Shown: positions 9,436 to 17,255 of the stretch, in pieces
How positions within the stretch are numbered: position 1 is the stretch's first letter
How the letters are laid out: each line of letters opens with the position of its first letter
DNA from: Escherichia phage S164
DNA length: 30,272 nt
Strand: one strand, 5' to 3'
Sequence record: ON239131
Made by a program: the position numbers and the translations under genes
Notes under the pieces: model-generated
What the model was told of the DNA's origin: nothing
Seen by the model: only the letters and a program-made list of their open reading frames with translations
Database searches by the model: none

Positions 9436-10071
9436 ATGAACACTCTCGCAAATATTCAGGAACTCGCGCGCGCACTGCGCAACATGATTCGCACCGGCCT
9501 TGTCGTCGAAACCGACCTTAACGCCGGTCGCTGCCGTGTGCAGACCGGCGGCATGTGCACCGACTGGCTTCAGTGGCTGACCTGTCGTGCCGGGCGTTCG
9601 CGCACATGGTGGGCACCTTCCGTGGGGGAGCAGGTGCTGATTCTGGCCGTGGGCGGTGAACTTGACACGGCGTTCGTTCTGCCGGGGATTTATTCCGGTG
9701 ATAACCCCTCGCCGTCTGTGTCGGCGGATGCCCTGCATATCCGTTTCCCTGACGGGGCGGTGATTGAATATGAACCCGAAACCAGTGCACTCACGGTAAG
9801 CGGAATTAAAACGGCCAGCGTGACGGCTTCTGATTCTGTTACTGCCACGGTGCCTGTGGTCACGGTGAAAGCGTCAACCCGTGTCACCCTGGACACACCG
9901 GAAGTGGTCTGCACTAACAAACTGACTACCGGCACGCTGGAAGTGCAGAAGGGCGGGACGATGCGCGGCAACATTGAACACACCGGCGGTGAACTCTCAT
10001 CAAACGGTAAGGTACTGCATACCCATAAACACCCCGGCGACAGCGGCGGCACAACCGGGGGACCTCTATGA
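9436..10071 (+). CDS. V: Baseplate spike/hub protein, P2 gpV
   Basis: 211 aa, equal to P2 V, opening the V-W-J-I-H-G operon. Confidence 0.88.
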   Translation: MNTLANIQELARALRNMIRTGLVVETDLNAGRCRVQTGGMCTDWLQWLTCRAGRSRTWWAPSVGEQVLILAVGGELDTAFVLPGIYSGDNPSPSVSADALHIRFPDGAVIEYEPETSALTVSGIKTASVTASDSVTATVPVVTVKASTRVTLDTPEVVCTNKLTTGTLEVQKGGTMRGNIEHTGGELSSNGKVLHTHKHPGDSGGTTGGPL

Positions 10072-10415
10072 CTGCGCGTTATCTCGGAATGAATCGCAGT
10101 GATGGCCTGACTGTCACTGACCTTGAGCATATCAGCCAGAGTATCGGCGATATCCTGCGCACACCGGTCGGCTCACGGGTGATGCGTCGTGATTACGGCT
10201 CGTTGCTGGCATCAATGATTGACCAGCCGCAGACCCCGGCGCTTGAGTTGCAGATTAAGGTCGCCTGTTACATGGCGGTGCTGAAATGGGAACCCCGCGT
10301 CACCCTGTCATCTGTCACCACGGCGCGCAGCTTTGACGGGCGAATGACGGTCACGTTAACCGGCCAGCACAACGACACCGGCCAGTCACTTTCGTTAACC
10401 ATCCCTGTGAGTTGA
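10068..10415 (+). CDS. W: Baseplate wedge protein (gp25-like), P2 gpW
   Basis: 115 aa, equal to P2 W. Confidence 0.88.
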   Translation: MTARYLGMNRSDGLTVTDLEHISQSIGDILRTPVGSRVMRRDYGSLLASMIDQPQTPALELQIKVACYMAVLKWEPRVTLSSVTTARSFDGRMTVTLTGQHNDTGQSLSLTIPVS

Positions 10416-10419
10416 AACC

Positions 10420-11328
10420 ATGCCGATTATCGACCTGAACCAGCTACCCGCACCGGATGTGGTCGAAGAGCTGGACTTTGAAACCATTCTTGCCGAACGC
10501 AAGGCGACACTGATTTCCCTTTACCCGGAAGACCAGCAGGAGGCGGTCGCCCGTACCCTGACGCTGGAATCCGAGCCTCTCGTCAAGCTGCTGGAGGAAA
10601 ATGCTTATCGTGAGCTTATCTGGCGTCAGCGTGTGAATGAGGCCGCACGGGCGGTGATGCTGGCCTGTGCCGCCGGTAATGACCTTGATGTGATTGGTGC
10701 CAATTACAACACCACGCGCCTGACTATCACCCCGGCAGACGATTCGACCATCCCGCCGACACCGGCAGTGATGGAATCTGACACCGATTATCGGTTGCGT
10801 ATTCAGCAGGCGTTTGAAGGTTTAAGCGTCGCCGGGTCGGTGGGTGCCTATCAGTATCATGGTCGCAGTGCTGACGGGCGTGTCGCCGATATTTCTGTCA
10901 CCAGTCCGTCTCCGGCCTGCGTTACTATCTCTGTGCTGTCACGTGAAAATAACGGCGTCGCATCCGAAGACCTGCTGGCTGTGGTGCGTAACGCCCTTAA
11001 TGGCGAGGACGTCAGGCCGGTGGCCGACCGCGTGACCGTGCAGTCTGCCGCCATTGTTGAATACCAGATAAACGCCACGCTTTACCTTTACCCTGGTCCC
11101 GAAAGCGAACCCATCCGCGCTGCTGCCGTGAAAAAACTGGAAGCGTACATCACGGCACAGCACCGGCTGGGGCGCGATATCCGTCTGTCTGCCATTTATG
11201 CCGCTTTGCATGTGGAAGGCGTGCAGCGTGTCGAACTGGCTGCACCGCTGGCCGACATCGTGCTCAACAGTACGCAGGCGTCTTTCTGTACCGAATACCG
11301 CGTCGTGACCGGAGGCTCGGATGAGTGA
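10420..11328 (+). CDS. J: Baseplate protein, P2 gpJ
   Basis: 302 aa, equal to P2 J. Confidence 0.88.
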   Translation: MPIIDLNQLPAPDVVEELDFETILAERKATLISLYPEDQQEAVARTLTLESEPLVKLLEENAYRELIWRQRVNEAARAVMLACAAGNDLDVIGANYNTTRLTITPADDSTIPPTPAVMESDTDYRLRIQQAFEGLSVAGSVGAYQYHGRSADGRVADISVTSPSPACVTISVLSRENNGVASEDLLAVVRNALNGEDVRPVADRVTVQSAAIVEYQINATLYLYPGPESEPIRAAAVKKLEAYITAQHRLGRDIRLSAIYAALHVEGVQRVELAAPLADIVLNSTQASFCTEYRVVTGGSDE

Positions 11329-11932
11329 TTCGCGCCTGCTGCCGACCGGCTCATCACCGCTTGAGGTCGCCGCCGCAAAAGCCTGTGCGGAAATTGAAAA
11401 AACGCCGGTCAGTATTCGTGAGCTGTGGAACCCGGACACCTGCCCGGCAAATCTGCTGCCGTGGCTGGCGTGGTCATTTTCGGTTGACCGCTGGGATGAT
11501 AAGTGGCCGGAAGCGACAAAACGCGCTGTTATCCGCGATGCGTATTTCATTCACTGCCATAAGGGCACTATAGGCGCAATCCGGCGTGTGGTGGAGCCGC
11601 TCGGCTATCTGATTGAGGTGAGGGAGTGGTGGCAACTCAACGAGGAGCCGGGGACGTTCCGCATCGTTGTTGGCGTGCTTGAGCAGGGTATTACCGAGGA
11701 AATGTATCAGGAGCTGGAGCGTCTCGTTGCTGATGCAAAACCTGCAAGCCGCCATCTGACGGGACTGGCTATCAGTTTAAGTACAACCGGCAACATTTTT
11801 GCCGGTGCGGGATGCTATCACGGCGACGCCCTGACGGTTTATCCCTACACCCCGGAGGCCATTATTGTCGGAGGGGATTATTTCCCGGCCTCGGCCATTC
11901 ATTTAATTGATAACCTGAGAGTAAACGCATGA
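11321..11932 (+). CDS. I: Baseplate/tail protein, P2 gpI-like
   Basis: 203 aa, in the gpI position (P2 I is 176 aa). It overlaps the J stop and the H start. Confidence 0.8.
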   Translation: MSDSRLLPTGSSPLEVAAAKACAEIEKTPVSIRELWNPDTCPANLLPWLAWSFSVDRWDDKWPEATKRAVIRDAYFIHCHKGTIGAIRRVVEPLGYLIEVREWWQLNEEPGTFRIVVGVLEQGITEEMYQELERLVADAKPASRHLTGLAISLSTTGNIFAGAGCYHGDALTVYPYTPEAIIVGGDYFPASAIHLIDNLRVNA

Positions 11933-13344
11933 CAGTGAAATACTACGCCATTCTGACTAATCAGGGCGCGGCACGGCTGGCTAACGCGACGATGCTCGGA
12001 AGTAAGCTGAATCTGACGCAAATGGCCGTTGGTGATGCGAATGGTGTCTTGCCGACACCAGACCCGGCACAGACAAAGCTGATTAATCAGAAACGCATTG
12101 CACCGCTGAATCTTCTGAGTGTTGACCCGAACAACCAGAGCCAGATTATTGCGGAGCAAATCATCCCTGAGAACGAGGGCGGATTCTGGATCCGTGAGAT
12201 TGGGCTTTATGATGATGAAGGCGTACTCATTGCGGTGGCGAACTGCCCGGAAACGTACAAACCGCAGTTGCAGGAAGGCAGTGGTCGTACCCAGACTATC
12301 CGCATGATTCTGGTTGTCACGAACACCGAAGCCATCACGCTGAAAATCGACCCGTCGGTGGTACTGGCGACCCGTAAATACGTGGATGATAAGGTCCTGG
12401 AATTAAAGCTGTATGTGGATGACCAGATGAGAAACCACATTGCCGCACAGGATCCTCATACCCAGTATGCACAGAAACATAATCCGACATTTACCGGAGA
12501 ACCAAAAGCGCCGACGCCTGCCGCAGGAAATAACACCACGCGGATTGCGACTACTGCGTTTGTTCAGGCCGCTATTACCGCTCTGATTAACGGTGCGCCA
12601 GCCACGCTGGACACACTGAAAGAAATTGCCGCAGCCATTAACAATGACCCGAAATTCAGTACCACCATTAACAATGCGCTGGCACTAAAAGCCCCGCTGT
12701 CGAGTCCGGCACTCACCGGAACGCCAACAGCACCTACTGCGGCACAGTCGGTCAACAATACACAGATTGCCACCACGGCTTTTGTGAAATCAGCAATTGC
12801 GGCAATGGTGGGTTCTGCCCCTGCGGCACTGGATACACTGAATGAACTGGCGGCGGCGCTGGGGAATGACCCTAACTTTTCAACAACAGTGCTTAATGCA
12901 CTGGCAGGTAAACAACCGCTGGACAATACGCTGACTAATTTGAGTGGAAAGGATGTAGCTGGTCTTCTCGCATACCTTCAATTGGGAGAAGCGGCAAAAC
13001 GTAATGTCGGCACCGGTGCAAACCAGATACCGGACATGAACAGTTTTACGTCAGGAAGTACGACAACAGCAGACTGGTACAAGTTACCTGGTGGGTTGCT
13101 TATTCAGTCAGGGATTAATGCGGTTGGTTATATTGGTTCGCCGTTTACTATCGGTCTTCCGGTTGCATTTTCGAACGCCAATTACCGCATAGTTGCCAGT
13201 TATGACAACGCGAGAGCTAACGCAACCTACGGTTTTGCAATGTCTGCCCTCCCGTCAACTGCATCAGCATTCACAATTAACTCAAGTTCAAATGCATCAG
13301 TCGGGCCGGTTTACGCTTACTGGATTGCAATCGGTAAATACTAA
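11929..13344 (+). CDS. H: Tail fibre protein, P2 gpH-like: constant N-terminal part plus invertible C-terminal tip (Sv)
   Basis: 471 aa. Opens MTVKYYAILTNQGAARLANA, which matches my recollection of the P2 H N-terminus. Contains tandem 75-aa fibre repeats. The C-terminal 122 aa or so lie downstream of the predicted inversion crossover site. Confidence 0.85.
   Translation: MTVKYYAILTNQGAARLANATMLGSKLNLTQMAVGDANGVLPTPDPAQTKLINQKRIAPLNLLSVDPNNQSQIIAEQIIPENEGGFWIREIGLYDDEGVLIAVANCPETYKPQLQEGSGRTQTIRMILVVTNTEAITLKIDPSVVLATRKYVDDKVLELKLYVDDQMRNHIAAQDPHTQYAQKHNPTFTGEPKAPTPAAGNNTTRIATTAFVQAAITALINGAPATLDTLKEIAAAINNDPKFSTTINNALALKAPLSSPALTGTPTAPTAAQSVNNTQIATTAFVKSAIAAMVGSAPAALDTLNELAAALGNDPNFSTTVLNALAGKQPLDNTLTNLSGKDVAGLLAYLQLGEAAKRNVGTGANQIPDMNSFTSGSTTTADWYKLPGGLLIQSGINAVGYIGSPFTIGLPVAFSNANYRIVASYDNARANATYGFAMSALPSTASAFTINSSSNASVGPVYAYWIAIGKY
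12529..12978 (+). repeat. Tandem duplication (2 x 225 bp, 75 aa) inside H
   Basis: NNTTRIATTAFVQAAITALINGAPATLDTLKEIAAAINNDPKFSTTINNALALKAP aligns with NNTQIATTAFVKSAIAAMVGSAPAALDTLNELAAALGNDPNFSTTVLNALAGKQP. The period is exactly 225 nt, from 12529 to 12754. Confidence 0.8.
12965..12990. other. Predicted left crossover site of the tail-fibre inversion (gix/pix-like, 12-2-12 dyad, centre TT at 12977-12978)
   Basis: TTCTCGCATACC TT CAATTGGGAGAA is an imperfect palindrome. It sits where the H codons YLQLGEAA align with the NVRLAEAG codons of the minus-strand alternative fibre tip. It matches the reverse complement of the right site at 17 of 26 positions. Confidence 0.45.
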
Positions 13345-13356
13345 AAGGCAAATATC

Positions 13357-13779
13357 ATGGGTGAAACAGATTATATTTTCAGTGCGTTCCTGAATGGTTT
13401 TTTACCGCTGGCGTGGAAAGAAGAGAAAGAGGCAACAGGTTCGTGGCCTGATGACGCAATTGAAATAAGCTATGAAGATTATTTGAAGTTTACGACCGAT
13501 GCGCCGAAGGGAAAAATATTGGGTTCGGTTGACGGGCGACCGGCATGGGTTGATATCCCACCGCCGACACATGAAGAACTGATTGCCAGTGCAGAAGCAA
13601 CAAGATTAAGACTGAAGGCTAATGCAGATGCTGAAATCGGCTGGCGACAGGATGCCGTTGATGCGGGCATTGCGACGGACGAGGAAACCGCCATACTCGC
13701 CGAGTGGAAAAAATACCGGGTCTTGCTGATGCGCGTCGACACAGCAAAACCCGTATGGCCTACGCTTCCGACTGCATAA
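13357..13779 (+). CDS. G: Tail fibre assembly chaperone, P2 gpG-like, inside the invertible segment
   Basis: 140 aa. The C-terminal ATDEETAILAEWKKYRVLLMRVDTAKPVWPTLP resembles the C-terminus of P2 G and the Mu U family (roughly ...TDEE..L..W..Y..L..RVD.A.P.WP..P, from memory). Confidence 0.8.
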   Translation: MGETDYIFSAFLNGFLPLAWKEEKEATGSWPDDAIEISYEDYLKFTTDAPKGKILGSVDGRPAWVDIPPPTHEELIASAEATRLRLKANADAEIGWRQDAVDAGIATDEETAILAEWKKYRVLLMRVDTAKPVWPTLPTA

Positions 13780-14023
13780 TATCAATTAATATCGGTTCGC
13801 CGTTCTCATCGACGGCGAGCATTTTCCCAGCCGGTATTTCTGTTGCGGTAAAAAACCAGTTATCATCCGGCAGTTCTACGGCCCCTTCAGTGCTATGAAT
13901 GCCGGGGATAACTTCATTAAGTGTCTCAGGATTAAAAAGGCGCATAGCGAGCACTCCAATAAAAACCGTCAGCGGATGTTGTTCCATCAGATCGTAATAC
14001 AAGAAAAGTAGCTTTTGTTGCAT
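13760..14023 (-). CDS. Alternative, apparently short tail fibre assembly chaperone (G'/U'-like), minus strand of the invertible segment
   Basis: 61-87 aa depending on which ATG is used. It converges on G and sits in the U' position of Mu-type G segments. It shows only weak resemblance to the N-terminal half of the chaperone family. Confidence 0.45.
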   Translation of the reverse strand: MQQKLLFLYYDLMEQHPLTVFIGVLAMRLFNPETLNEVIPGIHSTEGAVELPDDNWFFTATEIPAGKMLAVDENGEPILIDIMQSEA

Positions 14024-14369
14024 CAGTTAAATCAGTTATGACCATCGGTACCCTGACCTTATAAGGGGTTGCTGATGACAATAACAGCGGAGTGGTAGTG
14101 ATAACCTGTGCAGGAGCAGGCAGAGAAATCGGATAATAAACCGCAGCATTTCCCGATATGTTAGCCACAGCATTTCCCCACACCTCTATAGTGCCATCGC
14201 TCCAGATTCGGTATTTACCATTCGCATTCGAGCCTGTTTTAGTCACCACGGCACATTTATCTGTATCGGTATTAACGTTACCAATCAGTGCCAATTTTCC
14301 ACTGGTATTTCCCGCTTCTGCTAAACGAACGTTTATGAAAATGCAGAGATAACGGGTAACTGGCATCAT
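13932..14369 (-). CDS. Alternative tail fibre C-terminal tip (Sv'-like), promoterless in this orientation
   Basis: Minus-strand ORF whose N-terminal codons (INVRLAEAGNTSGK) align in frame with H at the predicted crossover. An in-frame TAA lies just upstream on the minus strand, so it can only be expressed as an H fusion after inversion. Confidence 0.6.
   Translation of the reverse strand: MMPVTRYLCIFINVRLAEAGNTSGKLALIGNVNTDTDKCAVVTKTGSNANGKYRIWSDGTIEVWGNAVANISGNAAVYYPISLPAPAQVITTTPLLLSSATPYKVRVPMVITDLTDATKATFLVLRSDGTTSADGFYWSARYAPF
14316..14341. other. Predicted right crossover site of the tail-fibre inversion (gix/pix-like)
   Basis: The plus strand reads TTCTGCTAAACG AA CGTTTATGAAAA, a 12-2-12 imperfect palindrome close to the Gin/Hin/Cin/Pin site family (TTxTCxxAAACC NN GGTTTxxGAxAA). 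It lies about 50 bp upstream of the invertase gene, as gixR does in Mu. Confidence 0.5.
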
Positions 14370-14396
14370 CTCCGGTTTTTATTCAGGGGGATGCTC

Positions 14397-14990
14397 ATGC
14401 TTATTGGCTATGTACGCGTGTCAACAAATGACCAGAACACGGAATTGCAGCGTAACGCGCTGGAGTGCGCGGGATGTGAGCGGATTTTTGAGGACAAAAT
14501 CAGCGGCACGAAGTCCGACCGACCGGGACTGAAAAAACTGCTCAGAACATTATCAGCAGGTGACACTCTGGTAGTCTGGAAGCTGGACAGGCTGGGGCGT
14601 AGTATGCGGCATCTGGTCATTCTGGTTGAGGAACTGCGCGAACGCGGCGTTAATTTTCGCAGCCTGACAGATGCTATTGATACCAGCACGCCGATGGGGC
14701 GTTTTTTCTTTCATGTGATGGGTGCCCTGGCTGAAATGGAGCGAGAACTCATTGTCGAGCGGACACGCGCCGGACTGGAAGCGGCCAGAGCTAAAGGTCG
14801 TATTGGTGGCAGACGTCCGAAACTCACCGCGAGTGAGTGGGAGCAGGCCGGGCGGTTGCTGGCTGCAGGGGAATCACGTCAACGCGTGGCACTGATTTTT
14901 GATATTGGCCTGTCCACGCTCTATAAAAAATTCCCCGCCTCAGTGACAAAAAATAAATTGTGTCATCCCTTAGCCAACCGGGACAAATAG
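14397..14990 (+). CDS. Serine site-specific DNA invertase (Gin/Pin/Cin/Hin family)
   Basis: MLIGYVRVSTNDQNTELQRNALECAGCERIFEDKISGTKSDRPGLKKLL ... GRIGGRRPKL has the catalytic Ser in the YVRVST motif and a C-terminal helix-turn-helix. It is near-identical in pattern to Mu Gin and e14 Pin. ATG 14391 is also possible; 14397 gives the MLIGY start typical of the family. Confidence 0.9.
   Translation: MLIGYVRVSTNDQNTELQRNALECAGCERIFEDKISGTKSDRPGLKKLLRTLSAGDTLVVWKLDRLGRSMRHLVILVEELRERGVNFRSLTDAIDTSTPMGRFFFHVMGALAEMERELIVERTRAGLEAARAKGRIGGRRPKLTASEWEQAGRLLAAGESRQRVALIFDIGLSTLYKKFPASVTKNKLCHPLANRDK
14957..14983 (+). promoter_or_regulatory. Candidate Ogr-dependent late promoter element for FI (P_F)
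   Basis: TTGTGTCATCCCTTAGCCAACCGGGAC lies 67-93 bp upstream of the FI ATG. The same 27-mer architecture (TTGTGTCA-N7-GCCAWCCGGGAC) stands upstream of O. Confidence 0.4.
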
Positions 14991-15049
14991 CCTGACATCT
15001 CCGGCACAACTGAAAATATCACTCACCCATTAACCACGGAGTTAAACGG

Positions 15050-16240
15050 ATGAGTGACTATCATCACGGCGTGCAGGTGCTGGAGATTAACGACGGCACC
15101 CGCGTCATTTCCACCGTATCCACTGCCATTGTCGGCATGGTCTGCACGGCCAGCGATGCGGATGCGGAAACCTTCCCCCTCAATAAACCGGTGCTGATTA
15201 CCAATGTGCAGAGCGCAATTGCAAAGGCCGGTAAAAAAGGCACGCTGGCGGCATCGTTGCAGGCCATCGCCGACCAGTCAAAACCGGTCACCGTTGTCGT
15301 GCGTGTGGAAGACGGCACCGGCGACGACGAGGAAACGAAACTCGCGCAGACCGTTTCCAATATCATCGGCACCACTGACGAAAACGGTCAGTACACCGGA
15401 CTGAAAGCCCTGCTGGCGGCGGAGTCGGTAACCGGTGTTAAACCGCGTATTCTTGGTGTGCCGGGGCTGGATACCAAAGAGGTGGCTGTTGCACTGGCAT
15501 CAGTCTGTCAGAAGCTGCGCGCTTTCGGATATATCAGCGCATGGGGCTGTAAAACCATTTCCGAGGTGAAAGCCTACCGCCAGAATTTCAGCCAGCGTGA
15601 GCTGATGGTCATCTGGCCGGATTTCCTCGCATGGGATACGGTCACCAGTACCACCGCCACCGCGTATGCCACCGCCCGTGCGCTGGGTCTGCGCGCTAAA
15701 GTCGACCAGGAGCAGGGCTGGCATAAAACGCTGTCCAACGTCGGGGTAAACGGTGTTACCGGCATCAGCGCCTCTGTATTCTGGGATTTGCAGGAGTCCG
15801 GCACCGATGCTGACCTGCTTAACGAGTCAGGCGTCACTACGCTGATTCGCCGCGACGGTTTCCGATTCTGGGGTAACCGTACCTGCTCTGATGACCCGCT
15901 GTTCCTCTTTGAAAACTACACCCGCACCGCGCAGGTGCTGGCCGACACGATGGCTGAGGCGCACATGTGGGCGGTGGACAAGCCCATCACCGCAACGCTG
16001 ATTCGCGACATCGTTGACGGCATCAATGCCAAATTCCGTGAGCTGAAAACAAACGGCTATATCGTGGATGCGACCTGCTGGTTCAGCGAAGAATCCAACG
16101 ATGCGGAAACCCTCAAGGCCGGAAAACTGTATATCGACTACGACTATACCCCGGTGCCTCCTCTCGAAAACCTGACCCTGCGCCAGCGTATTACCGATAA
16201 ATACCTGGCAAATCTGGTCACCTCGGTTAACAGCAATTAA
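15050..16240 (+). CDS. FI: Contractile tail sheath protein, P2 gpFI
   Basis: 396 aa, equal to P2 FI. Confidence 0.9.
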   Translation: MSDYHHGVQVLEINDGTRVISTVSTAIVGMVCTASDADAETFPLNKPVLITNVQSAIAKAGKKGTLAASLQAIADQSKPVTVVVRVEDGTGDDEETKLAQTVSNIIGTTDENGQYTGLKALLAAESVTGVKPRILGVPGLDTKEVAVALASVCQKLRAFGYISAWGCKTISEVKAYRQNFSQRELMVIWPDFLAWDTVTSTTATAYATARALGLRAKVDQEQGWHKTLSNVGVNGVTGISASVFWDLQESGTDADLLNESGVTTLIRRDGFRFWGNRTCSDDPLFLFENYTRTAQVLADTMAEAHMWAVDKPITATLIRDIVDGINAKFRELKTNGYIVDATCWFSEESNDAETLKAGKLYIDYDYTPVPPLENLTLRQRITDKYLANLVTSVNSN

Positions 16241-16252
16241 GGAGCCTGACCG

Positions 16253-16771
16253 ATGGCAATGCCGCGCAAACTCAAGTTAATGAACGTCTTTCTGAACGGC
16301 TACAGCTATCAGGGCGTTGCAAAGTCCGTCACGCTGCCAAAACTGACCCGTAAGCTTGAAAACTATCGCGGTGCGGGGATGAACGGCAGCGCACCGGTAG
16401 ACCTCGGCCTTGATGACGATGCGCTGTCAATGGAGTGGTCGCTCGGGGGCTTCCCGGATTCGGTTATTTGGGAGCTTTACGCCGCAACCGGTGTGGATGC
16501 CGTACCGATTCGTTTTGCAGGCTCTTACCAGCGCGACGATACCGGCGAAACGGTGGCCGTCGAGGTGGTCATGCGTGGCCGTCAGAAAGAAATCGACACC
16601 GGCGAGGGTAAACAGGGAGAAGACACCGAGTCGAAAATCTCCGTGGTCTGCACCTATTTCCGGCTGACGATGGACGGTAAGGAGCTGGTCGAAATCGACA
16701 CCATCAACATGATTGAGAAGGTGAACGGCGTCGACCGGCTGGAGCAACACCGCCGCAATATCGGCCTGTGA
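16253..16771 (+). CDS. FII: Tail tube protein, P2 gpFII
   Basis: 172 aa, equal to P2 FII. Confidence 0.9.
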   Translation: MAMPRKLKLMNVFLNGYSYQGVAKSVTLPKLTRKLENYRGAGMNGSAPVDLGLDDDALSMEWSLGGFPDSVIWELYAATGVDAVPIRFAGSYQRDDTGETVAVEVVMRGRQKEIDTGEGKQGEDTESKISVVCTYFRLTMDGKELVEIDTINMIEKVNGVDRLEQHRRNIGL

Positions 16772-16779
16772 TTTTCATC

Positions 16780-16800
16780 CGGTCAGCCAGGCTGACCGGT
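16780..16800 (+). other. Perfect 10-bp stem hairpin (CCGGTCAGCC A GGCTGACCGG) between FII and E
   Basis: Exact inverted repeat with a 1-nt loop. No T tract follows it, so it is more likely an mRNA stability or processing element than an intrinsic terminator. Confidence 0.4.
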
Positions 16801-16827
16801 TAACCCTGATTCAGAAGTGAGAAAACC

Positions 16828-17103
16828 ATGAACAAAGAAAATGTGATTACCCTGGACAATCCGGTCAAACGTGGTGAGCAGGTTATCGAACAGGTCACGC
16901 TGATGAAACCCAATGCCGGGACGCTACGCGGTGTCAGTCTGGCTGCGGTTGCAAACTCCGAAGTCGATGCACTGATTAAGGTGCTGCCGCGCATGACGGC
17001 ACCGATGCTGACCGAGCAGGAAGTCGCCGCGCTGGAACTGCCTGACCTTGTGGCGCTGGCCGGTAAGGTGGTCGGTTTTTTGTCGCCGAACTCGGTGCAG
17101 TGA
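16828..17103 (+). CDS. E: Tail assembly chaperone, P2 gpE
   Basis: 91 aa, equal to P2 E, upstream of the tape measure gene. Confidence 0.85.
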   Translation: MNKENVITLDNPVKRGEQVIEQVTLMKPNAGTLRGVSLAAVANSEVDALIKVLPRMTAPMLTEQEVAALELPDLVALAGKVVGFLSPNSVQ

Positions 17104-17255
17104 CGTTTCCGAAAAATCTCTCGGTCGATGACCTGATGGCGGATGTGGCAGTGATATTTCACTGGCCGCCATCAGAACTGTATCCCATGAGCCTGACCGA
17201 ACTCATCACATGGCGCGAAAAGGCGCTCCGGCGAAGCGGAAACACGAATGAGTAA
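16828..17255 (+). CDS. E': Tail chaperone frameshift product E+E' (programmed -1 frameshift at TTTTTTG, 17081-17087)
   Basis: The slippery heptamer G GTT TTT TG sits near the 3' end of E. The -1 frame then stays open to a TAA at 17253-17255, overlapping the T start, for about 142 aa. This reproduces the known P2 E/E' arrangement. Confidence 0.7.

Noticed and set aside
10939-11550. 203-aa minus-strand ORF spanning the J/I junction
   Set aside because: It overlaps two well-supported baseplate genes on the opposite strand and has no start context.
12564-12926. 120-aa minus-strand ORF rich in Ala/Ser inside H
   Set aside because: It is the reverse-complement reading of the Ala-rich 225-bp tandem repeat of the fibre shaft. 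Not a gene.
13787-13810. Hairpin TCGCCGT...ACGGCGA just after the G stop
   Set aside because: It lies inside the minus-strand G' coding sequence. It might act as a bidirectional terminator, but coding constraint cannot be excluded.
14158-14352. 64-aa plus-strand ORF within the invertible segment
   Set aside because: It is antisense to the alternative fibre-tip ORF and lacks a ribosome-binding site. The Gin-family recombinational enhancer lies in the invertase gene, not here.
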